A DNA stretch of 64,000 nt from Candidatus Hodarchaeaceae archaeon (lineage in GTDB: Archaea > Hadarchaeota > Hadarchaeia > Hadarchaeales > Hadarchaeaceae), in assembly GCA_030018135.1 (NCBI GenBank), contig JASEGJ010000001.1, positions 78,298 to 142,297 on the forward strand, in the 5' to 3' direction. A program made the position numbers and the translations under genes. Below the pieces are notes generated by a model. The model was not told where the DNA came from, ran no database searches, and was given only the letters and a program-made list of their open reading frames with translations. Positions 56,002 through 64,000 of the stretch are shown here, in pieces; positions within the stretch are counted from its first letter, which is position 1; every line of letters starts with the position of its first letter.

Positions 56002-56524
56002 CATGGAGTTTGTTCAAGCATCTTTCACAAAACTTCGCCTTCTTTTCATCGACCTCAAAGATGCTGTTTGAAAACGTCATAACGCACCCAAGAGCAGAAC
56101 AATGGTTAAGCCCGAAGGTGTGCCCAAGCTCGTGAACGGCCTCCTTCGTAGCCCGTTTGAGCAAGAGTTCATAGTCAGAGGGTTCGCCGTAGAATGCTGG
56201 ATCTAAGCGACGAAGTGAAACGAGGGCGACAGTTCCAGGACACTGAGCTTGACCGAATACGAAGTTCAACCTTGGCACGTAAAGATCAACGTCGGTTAGC
56301 GCAAGCACCTTGCCTTCGCCTCTCGCCGTGTGCAGCACCCGCTCCAGAACGATGTCGGCGCGATATTGCATACGATGGGGGTCGTAGGCGGCGACAGGCA
56401 GCTCTAGGGGGGTGCCGACCTGACAGCCCTCGACGAACTTCTCGTACCTTTTTAAAAGCCTCGGCATGAGATCTCGTAGCAACTTATTCGGGATCTCGCC
56501 GATTTTGATAATATTGATCATCAA
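55988..56524 (-). CDS. amzA: Archaemetzincin (M54 Zn protease)
   Basis: HELGHTFGLNHC...CVMTFSNS...FCERC. Confidence 0.92.
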   Translation of the reverse strand: MMINIIKIGEIPNKLLRDLMPRLLKRYEKFVEGCQVGTPLELPVAAYDPHRMQYRADIVLERVLHTARGEGKVLALTDVDLYVPRLNFVFGQAQCPGTVALVSLRRLDPAFYGEPSDYELLLKRATKEAVHELGHTFGLNHCSALGCVMTFSNSIFEVDEKKAKFCERCLNKLHARRP

Positions 56525-56656
56525 ATTATTGCCTCAGACCTGGGTTATCCTACATCCCATTTCTCGGTTTTCTTTGCGCTCAAAGCACTGCTCACGATAA
56601 ACACCGGCGTGATTAAGCATTTTAACTCTAGATGCAAGCTGAATAGTGGTAAGACC

Positions 56657-57145
56657 ATGAGCAAGAAAGCTAAGCGAAGTCAAGCAGCCCGACTGGCACC
56701 GATGCCCAAGAAACTTCTGATGAAAATGAAGGTTAAGGATGTCATGAATCCCAGGCCTAGGTCGATCTCCCCAGAAGCCTCGATAGATGACATGATAGAG
56801 CGGCTTCGACAGCAAATAGAGGACTGCTTCCCGGTCGTCGATAAAGGGGGCAAGCTTGTCGGCATCATCACGGAGAGCGATATCTTGGGCGCCCTGCAGA
56901 CTCCCGCGCGCCAAGCGACGGTCGGCGGCGCGATGGTTAGAAATGTAATGAAGCGCATGGCGAGCAACGTCGGCGAGATGATGACCAAGTACCCGATCAC
57001 CGCAACACCGGAGATGACCATCCAGGAAACCCTAGACGTAATGGTGGCCCACAAGCTTCGCCACCTGCCAGTCGTCAAGGGCGAAAAATTGGTAGGACTG
57101 ATCTGCATACGGGACATTTTGAACATATATCACTTAGTTAGGTAG
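56657..57145 (+). CDS. CBS-pair protein
   Basis: FPVVD..GKLVGIITESD and RHLPVV. Confidence 0.88.
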   Translation: MSKKAKRSQAARLAPMPKKLLMKMKVKDVMNPRPRSISPEASIDDMIERLRQQIEDCFPVVDKGGKLVGIITESDILGALQTPARQATVGGAMVRNVMKRMASNVGEMMTKYPITATPEMTIQETLDVMVAHKLRHLPVVKGEKLVGLICIRDILNIYHLVR

Positions 57146-57153
57146 GGATAAGC

Positions 57154-58359
57154 ATGACGGTCGAATTTTCGTCCGTGTTGTTATATTTGGCTATCTTCCT
57201 TATAGCCGCAAAGCTCAGCGCGCTGCTGGCGGCTAAGTTAAAGCAACCGGGCGTATTCGGGGAGCTTTTAGCCGGTATACTCATCGGACCGTCCATAGCT
57301 GGATGGATGTCGGAACAACTCGGTTTGCCTCCCCTCGTGGAACCCGCTTCCGAAGCCGGTGCGTTCATCGGTGTATTTGCAGATATCGGCATAGTTTTAC
57401 TCCTATTTCTGGCCGGTTTATCGGTAGATGTCGACCAACTGAGGGCGGCTGGCAAGGCGGCCATATATGTGGCAATCAGCGGCATCCTTATGGCATTTGG
57501 GCTGGGTTTTGGCGTGGCAAGCCTTTGCGGCTGGTCTAGCCTGCAGGCAGCATTCGTCGGCGCGGTGCTTGCCGCGACGAGCGTCGGCATCACGGTCAGG
57601 ACGTTGATGGACGTTCATCAGCTGCATACCCGAGTGGGCATGACAATCTTGGGCGCCGCGGTGTTGGACGACATAATAGGCATATTCATCTTGGCCGCGT
57701 TGGCTGGCATTAGCCTTGGGGGCTTCTCGCTCGGCGGGTTCGGCAAGCTTGCCGGCTTGGTGGCAATTTTCCTCGTGCTGAGCATTTATGTCGGTTTCAA
57801 GGCGATGCCCCGCCTGCTCACGCGTGCTGCAAAATTGCCGGTGGAGGAGATGACCCTGTCGGTCGCTTTAGCGTTTGTTTTCTTAATGAGCATGTTCGCG
57901 GAAAAGGTTGAGCTTGCGGCGATCACGGGCGCATTTGTGGCCGGCATCGTGTTAAGCAGGGCACCCGTAGCCGACGCGTTGACCAACAAGCTCTCGACGA
58001 TCGGCTACGGCCTATTTATTCCGCTATTTTTTGTGGAGATGGGCGTGCGCACGAATCTGCAGGCACTTTGGGGCGTTAGCGTTTTGGCACTTGGGATAGT
58101 GGGCGTCGCGATTTTCGACAAGGTGGCGGGATGCGGAATTGGCGCCCTCATCGGCGGGTTTGGACCTCGCGACTCCGTGCGCATCGGCGTTGGTATGATG
58201 CCACGTGCAGAGGTGGCATTGATCATCGCATCCTTCGGCGCCAAGGCTGGGATCGTCACCTCAGAGTTGTTCTCGATCACGGTTATGATAGTACTGGTGA
58301 CGTCCCTTCTCAGCCCAGTGATGACCAGACAAGCGTTTAGGGGGAGGCAAGCGGCTTGA
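57154..58359 (+). CDS. Cation:proton antiporter (CPA2/NapA-like)
   Basis: GELLAGILIGP, ATSVGIT, GAAVLDD and GMMPRAEV motifs. Confidence 0.92.
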   Translation: MTVEFSSVLLYLAIFLIAAKLSALLAAKLKQPGVFGELLAGILIGPSIAGWMSEQLGLPPLVEPASEAGAFIGVFADIGIVLLLFLAGLSVDVDQLRAAGKAAIYVAISGILMAFGLGFGVASLCGWSSLQAAFVGAVLAATSVGITVRTLMDVHQLHTRVGMTILGAAVLDDIIGIFILAALAGISLGGFSLGGFGKLAGLVAIFLVLSIYVGFKAMPRLLTRAAKLPVEEMTLSVALAFVFLMSMFAEKVELAAITGAFVAGIVLSRAPVADALTNKLSTIGYGLFIPLFFVEMGVRTNLQALWGVSVLALGIVGVAIFDKVAGCGIGALIGGFGPRDSVRIGVGMMPRAEVALIIASFGAKAGIVTSELFSITVMIVLVTSLLSPVMTRQAFRGRQAA

Positions 58360-58397
58360 TGCACATAAACACAAAATAGACGCACGGGGTCAAACAA

Positions 58398-59861
58398 TTG
58401 TTTCGAGCCAAATACGGTACTAACTTGCGTTGGATTTTACAAATACTTCTGTTGATCACGTTTCTGTACAGCACGATAAACGCACAGCAGGAGCCATCGG
58501 CCAATCGAGCATACGCACATGTACAATTTTTGACCGGCCTTGGACCGCGTCTTGCTGGCACCACGACCGAAGCCATCGCCGCAGGTTACATTGAGAACGA
58601 GTTTCGTTCGTATGGCATGGATACGTGGATTGAGAGCTTTGTGATCGAGAATTCGTATGTGGTAGAGGAAAGTCGCCTGTCCGTGCTGCAGCCAATACAA
58701 GTGGATTTGACGTGCGTTCCGGTGATACATTCACCGTCTCGTACAGTGACCGGACAACTCGCATACGTGAGCGATGTCCCCGAGAATAGAGATCAGCTGC
58801 GCGAGCATATCGTGTTAATTGAGAAAACCAAGCTCTCCCGCGAACTCGTCGACTTGCCCCCTCTGGCCATATTAACGTATTTGGAGAACATGCCAGCCAT
58901 ATCGGAGATGTGGCCAAATCCGCCAAAAGTGCCAATAGTCTGGATCTCCGGCCGCGATGCACTGGAGTTGATAAAACTTCTTGAACAAGACCAAGTCGTG
59001 GTGGGGCTTCGGGTGGCGGCGAGGACGGAGAGGCGCGCATCCTACAATGCTGTAGCGCGCCTACCAGGTGAAAGCAGCGAAGCAGTAGTCGTGAACGCAC
59101 ATCACGACTCTATGTTGACGCCTGGAGCAGTTGATGACGCGTCTGGCGTTGCGGTCGTGCTCGAAATCGCCCGCGTGCTTTCCTCGGAGAGGTTAAAAAG
59201 AACCGTAATTTTTGCGACATTTGGCGGGGAGGAGTTCGGCTTGTTTGGTAGCGCGGATTTCGTGATTAAACATAAAGATGACGAAATCGCTGCGGCAATC
59301 ACCTTCGATTGCATCGGCGCCGGTCCGGAAAATGGATTGCGCATCGGCCTTGAGGATTCGCCGCAATACGCAACTACTGAATGGCTGGACGTTTGTGTTC
59401 AAAGGATCGCGGAAAATCTCGGATTTTATGTGCAATCCGAGCACTTGAATGCAGTCGGCGGCTATAGCGATCATGTGAGCTTTGTTAAAGCGGGGATTCC
59501 GGCAACTTGGGTATATTGGATAAATCCCGAATACGGGTACGATGTCCTCGGGCCAGTTCATACCCTCGACGACGACCTTGACGCCATCGATAAAATCAGA
59601 CTACAGCAGGTCGCATCGATCGGCGTTGAGGTGGTCCGCTGGCTCGCTGGCGAGAATTTAGAAGCCTGGCTTCGTGCGCACGAGTTCCCGGTCAGGGCGG
59701 CGGCATTTACTGTCGTCAGCGTGGGGGCTATAATTCTCGCAATTGGCGTCTGTTGCTTTGCTCGCTATAGACGAGGTTGGACATGGGGGCGGGCGGCTTG
59801 GGTACTCTCGCTGGTGGCAGGTGCCGCCATAGTTTTAGCTTACTTGTTGATACTTGTTTAA
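58398..59861 (+). CDS. M28-family metallopeptidase, membrane-anchored
   Basis: AHHDS, GAVDDASG, GEEFGLFGS and SDH motifs; signal peptide and C-terminal TM segments. Confidence 0.88.
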   Translation: MFRAKYGTNLRWILQILLLITFLYSTINAQQEPSANRAYAHVQFLTGLGPRLAGTTTEAIAAGYIENEFRSYGMDTWIESFVIENSYVVEESRLSVLQPIQVDLTCVPVIHSPSRTVTGQLAYVSDVPENRDQLREHIVLIEKTKLSRELVDLPPLAILTYLENMPAISEMWPNPPKVPIVWISGRDALELIKLLEQDQVVVGLRVAARTERRASYNAVARLPGESSEAVVVNAHHDSMLTPGAVDDASGVAVVLEIARVLSSERLKRTVIFATFGGEEFGLFGSADFVIKHKDDEIAAAITFDCIGAGPENGLRIGLEDSPQYATTEWLDVCVQRIAENLGFYVQSEHLNAVGGYSDHVSFVKAGIPATWVYWINPEYGYDVLGPVHTLDDDLDAIDKIRLQQVASIGVEVVRWLAGENLEAWLRAHEFPVRAAAFTVVSVGAIILAIGVCCFARYRRGWTWGRAAWVLSLVAGAAIVLAYLLILV

Positions 59862-59876
59862 ATGTTGAACATTTAA
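59858..59876. promoter_or_regulatory. Palindrome overlapping the putative cdc6 TATA box
   Basis: TTAAATGTT-G-AACATTTAA about 35 nt upstream of the cdc6 ATG. Confidence 0.45.
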
Positions 59877-59911
59877 GGGTGCAGGTGAAATAATTTTGCG
59901 AAGGTGCGGGG

Positions 59912-61102
59912 ATGTTTGAGGAGATCTTCGAGGAGGAGTTGGCACGCGAGTCCGTTTTCAGGGATGTCAGCAAACTCCTGCCGGATTACGTGCCGAAGGT
60001 CCTAGTGCATCGCGAGGAGGAGTTCCGCTGGCTGACGCGCATATTCAAGCCCGTCATCGAAAACAGGACCAGCCAAAAAGTCTTGATCACGGGCAGCGTC
60101 GGCGTCGGGAAAACTGCGCTCGCTCAAAAGTTCGGCGAGAAGCTGGTTCCGGCGGCAAAGGGGCGCGGTATGCAGCTAGACTACGTTCACGTGAACTGCC
60201 GCAAACAGAAGACCCCTTACGCAGTCCTGGTGGAACTCGTGCAGCACTACAACCCTAGATGGCCCTGCCGCGGGCTCGGCCCGGAGAAGCTCCTGCGCAT
60301 GGTCACCGATTGGCTGAACAAGCACGATGGTTACCTAACGCTCACGCTCGACGAGGTGGATTTCTTCGTCCAGTTGAACGGGCCAAACCTAATTTACTCG
60401 CTTACCAGGGCAGTTGAGGAGTTCGGCGAGCCGAACCGCATAAGCATCATAGCGATCTCGCGCGACCCCAACTTCCCACGCCTGCTCGACACCGCGACGC
60501 AGAGCACCTTCATGCACAACGTCCTCGCTTTGGATAAATACACCGCGCCACAGCTCGTCGACATACTGAAATACCGCATCCGAGAGTCCTTCAAGGCAGG
60601 GGCCGTGGACGAGGACACGGTGCGGCTTATCGCCGACATCGCCGCGAGGTGGGGCGACGCTAGGCTGGCACTCGAGTTGCTCTGGCGGGCCGGCGTGCTG
60701 GCCGACGAGGAACGCGTCGATGTCGTATTGCCGGAGCACGCGCGGCGCGCGAAGGCTGAGGCATATCCCGAGGTTCGAAGGGAGGTGCTGGGGGAGCTGC
60801 AGCTGCACGAACAACTTCTCCTACTGGCCCTCGCCCGAAAGTTGAAGGCATCCAAGCGGGCCTATGCCCTGACGGGGGAGGTCGAGCGCACCTACCGCGT
60901 CGTTTGCGAGGAGTACGGCGAGAAGCCGAGGGGGCACACCCAGCTCTGGGAGTACATAAAACGGATGGAGGGCCTCGGCATCATCGACGCTCAAATATCC
61001 CGCAGGATTCATCGCGGGCGCACCCAGAGGATAAGCGTTCCAGATGTCCCCGTCGCGATGCTCGAGGGGGAGCTCGAAAAGCTGCTCAAGGCGCGCGAAT
61101 AG
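59912..61102 (+). CDS. cdc6: Orc1/Cdc6 replication initiator family protein
   Basis: DYVP..LVHRE, GSVGVGKT, LDEVD, GDAR and C-terminal wHTH (RGRT). Confidence 0.93.
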   Translation: MFEEIFEEELARESVFRDVSKLLPDYVPKVLVHREEEFRWLTRIFKPVIENRTSQKVLITGSVGVGKTALAQKFGEKLVPAAKGRGMQLDYVHVNCRKQKTPYAVLVELVQHYNPRWPCRGLGPEKLLRMVTDWLNKHDGYLTLTLDEVDFFVQLNGPNLIYSLTRAVEEFGEPNRISIIAISRDPNFPRLLDTATQSTFMHNVLALDKYTAPQLVDILKYRIRESFKAGAVDEDTVRLIADIAARWGDARLALELLWRAGVLADEERVDVVLPEHARRAKAEAYPEVRREVLGELQLHEQLLLLALARKLKASKRAYALTGEVERTYRVVCEEYGEKPRGHTQLWEYIKRMEGLGIIDAQISRRIHRGRTQRISVPDVPVAMLEGELEKLLKARE

Positions 61103-61194
61103 CTAAAATTCATAGGATTCATAGGATTTTAGGTGTCGTGCTTTGTCCGCGTCCAACAGCAAAACCCAAATTTAAGGTGGAGTGATACTTCCTT

Positions 61195-61256
61195 AGGGTC
61201 GTGGGGCAGCTTGGCCTATCCTTCTAGCTTAAGATCAAGTTCTCGGTGGTCCGCCA
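61195..61256 (+). pseudogene. 5' fragment of tRNA-Pro including most of the 33/34 intron
   Basis: 56/62 identical to the 5' end of the tRNA-Pro gene at 30154, in opposite orientation; TTTAAG TATA-like element upstream. Confidence 0.85.
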
Positions 61257-61401
61257 CCGTGTTACAATCGCCCTCCGGGTTGTGCGTTCTTTTATGGGGT
61301 TCTGAGGATTCGCCCTTTAGCCGCCTTACCTCCTCCTTAAGGGCAGTCTCGGCGACTTTCGAAATGTTTAACCAATCATTTTTATGTAATTGCGATTTCA
61401 T
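61216..61401 (-). pseudogene. Possible CcdA-like antitoxin remnant
   Basis: LNISKVAETALKEEVRRL resembles archaeal CcdA/RHH antitoxins; the rest is degenerate. Confidence 0.35.
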
Positions 61402-62713
61402 GAACGGCGCCGAAACAGCAACCGAGCAAATTGCCTCCTCCCGATAATTCCGAGCATTGCGGCGATGGTCATCGCGCCCACGATGACGACAACTATAAAT
61501 TTCGGCACCATCTGTGGCTCAACGGGACCGATTGCCTCGCTCAGGGTGGCGTACTTCAGATCCCAATTGTCCCCATCGTAGTAGGCGATGTGCGGGAGGT
61601 CGTTCTCATCGAGGACCAAACATACATGACAGCCAAAGACATCCTCAATGATCTGAAATTCCCACTTCCCGCCGGTCCAGCGGATATATTCCACTCCCGG
61701 CCCACTGGGGCCGTGAGCTATGTGCGGGTAGCCCTTGCTGTCCAGCGCTATCGATGGCCCCGGGGGTGAGGCACCGTAACCAACGTTGTCGATCACCTCG
61801 AACCTCCACTCGGAGCCTGTCCAGCGCGCGTACTTTAGTAGTTCAGGGGTGGGCAACGGTTCGCTGAAATAATATGCTATGTGCGGGCGATCATCTTTAT
61901 CAAGGGCCATCGACACCCATCTGATCGAAAAGCCCTCACCGCCATCCAAAGTTTCCAGCGTCCATCCATTCTCCTCGAGTCTACCATATTTTAAAAATTC
62001 ACCAAAGAAGGCAGAGTAACTTATATGGGGATTACCCCTGCTATCTGCTTTTATCGAGGTTTCTAATCCCACCCTGGACCCCCTTACCCCTAGGTTATCA
62101 ATCACCTCGATCCTCCAGCCCGAGACATCGCGCCAGGCGTGCTTGAGCAGCCAATAGGAGGTGAAGTCCCAATACGCGATGTGGGGCCTAAACTTGCGAT
62201 CAAAAGTCATCGAGGTGCAGAAGCCCACGTCGTTCTCTCCGTCGACTCGTTCGATCACCCAACGCTTTCCATCCCAGCGGGCATATTTTACGTCGTAGTT
62301 GATCGTGTCGGAATAGCTGATGTGAGGGTAGCCCCTCTCGTCGAGCGCTATCGAGGGATACCTCCCCACGCTGCCCTCCCAGTCCACCGTCTCGACCTTC
62401 CAGCCCGAGCCGGTCCATCCGGCGTACTTCAGGTCCCGCCTCTCCCAGTGGTTGTAGGCTACGTGGGGATGACCGTTCCCGTCGAGCGCTATTTTTGGCT
62501 CCGCGCCAACCTTGCCTTCGCTGTCGACCGTCATTATCCTCCACTTTCTAACCTTGAAGTCCCCCTCACCCTGAAGGATGCATCGTAATGGGTGAAGCCC
62601 CTTACCTGGGTGGCGACGATGTTATCCAAGGTGATCGTGGCCGCGGTCGCCAATGGGAGTACGAGCAGGGCGATCGTCAAAAGGGATGGGGCCACGTTCC
62701 TTACTTGGGTCAT
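61398..62713 (-). pseudogene. Surface-anchored beta-propeller repeat protein; signal peptide in a different frame
   Basis: About seven repeats of SIALD..G.PHI.Y...LKYA.W.G..W..E.VD; C-terminal TM plus RRRS; upstream signal-peptide ORF ends at 62534. Confidence 0.65.
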
Positions 62714-62758
62714 TTGCTCTCCCCTCGGTTTCAAAATCGTTCTTGTGGGGTCATCTCC

Positions 62759-63890
62759 TCATTGACCTAAGCCGGCGCGAATGGCCACTGGCCCATTATG
62801 GCCAGGATTTCCTTCCAGAGTGCGTCCCTTTTCTGCTGCGCCAGCGAACGGCCACCTGCCCATGATCTTCAGTATCCTGCCCCAGAGCACGGTCCTCGTG
62901 ACGGTGAAGGTCGCTACCGTGGCGATCTCGTTGCCCTCCGCGTCGGTCACCACGAGCTTCACGCGGTTGATCGGCTTGTTCTCGGGGTGCGGCACGTCCC
63001 TGAACCCACCACTCGCCCGTGGAGCCCTCGTACCCGCTCAGGGGCGCGCCGTATGGGGGCTGATTGTTCCAAGTTATCGCGCCCTCCGACCAAGAGTCGT
63101 TCCCCACCGCGCACACCTCCATCGGCCACATCCCCCAATACATTTCGTAGCAGTACAGTTTCAAGCTCGCCGAGATTATGCTAGCGTTGGATGGGATCGA
63201 GGTTAATGAGAACTTGAGGAATGCCCTAGCCTCTCCTCCCGGGGTATAATACACCTTCAGGCTGTTCTCCGAGCCGAAGTTCTGGTTGGGCCACTCGCTA
63301 CGGACGGTCGCGTCGTCGGTGGGGGTGCCCGGCTTGAGCACCTTTGCGGTGATTACCGGGTTTGGCGGCGTGAAGGAGTGTAAGATGCCCTCTGCCACGT
63401 CTATGGTGCCGACGATCGTAATGGGATGGTTCTCGGTCGGCACATGGAACAAGCCGCCCGCGCCCGCCGCGCGAAGCACGATGTCGACGCTGAACTCGCC
63501 GTTCCTTGGGTCGCCCTCCGCGTGGCCCACCGAGAGGACGTATCTCCACACGTTTTCGTTCTCGGGCGCCGTGCCCTCGGCAAGCCTCGCCTCTACATAT
63601 ATGGGGTCGCCGTTGTCGAAGTAGGCGGTAGCGCTGACGAAGGTGAAGTTCTCAGATGGCGTGCCGGCGTTGTCGAGGCGCGGCGAATCCCAGCTGATGG
63701 CGACCGCGAAGTAGCCCTTGGCGGCCTCGTCCCAGCGCAGCCTGAAGCCGAGCGTGAACTCGTCGCCCTGAACCACCTCGACGACGGTGCCTCCGGGGTG
63801 CGAGATCGCCGCGGGAGCGAGGGCGGGAGGGGCGATAAAGACCATCGACAGCAACAGAGCTGCAACGAACAAGATGGGGGGTGAAGCCAC
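62759..63890 (-). pseudogene. Secreted DNRLRE/CBM96-like domain protein, frameshifted or truncated
   Basis: Signal peptide; DATV...PNQNFG...RAFLKFSL..IP.NA.I.SA.LKLY...WSE..ITWNNQP; C-terminus continues in another frame. Confidence 0.6.
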
Positions 63891-64000
63891 ACTTCCCGCT
63901 CTCGGGCTTCATCTTCCGCCTCCATCGAAATTCTGCGGTTCACATTTAAGTCATTTCCCACAAGTCACGCCGTAGTTTAAAAACATCGGAGTCCCAGAAA

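Noticed and set aside
61107-61130. Short ATTCATAGG tandem repeat after cdc6
   Set aside because: Two copies only; too short to interpret
59862-61200. Replication origin next to cdc6
   Set aside because: No ORB-like repeats or extended AT-rich unwinding element seen; flanks are short

Overview
Archaeal chromosomal window. The unsplit rpoB with split rpoA'/A'', GGAGGTGA-type RBSs and gene content suggest a Hadarchaea/Thermococci-like euryarchaeote, but this is inference only. In order it contains: a nucleoside ABC transporter and phosphorylase; the rpoH-B-A'-A''-L30e-nusA-S12-S7-EF1a-S10 cluster (no EF-2); a stand-alone 5S rRNA; NAD synthesis genes (nadX, nadA, nadC) interrupted by a tungstate tupABC-modE module with a ModE box; several broken genes (radical SAM, MMPL/RND, pentameric ligand-gated channel); tpiA and rpiA; five tandem CBS genes; a prepilin-like cluster; a lipoate (LplAB, LipS1/S2) plus glycine-cleavage cluster; cdc6/orc1; and a decayed accessory region after a tRNA-Pro fragment. 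The strongest signal is at RNA level. Six of the eight tRNA genes carry 10 bulge-helix-bulge (BHB) introns, 6 of them at non-canonical positions. In tRNA-Tyr and tRNA-Pro the true anticodon appears only after ordered splicing around 2-4 nt micro-exons. The 45-nt tRNA-Met intron contains a D'/C'-box K-loop with a guide whose N+5 position falls on the tRNA's own wobble C34. All pairings were derived by hand; no database searches were run.
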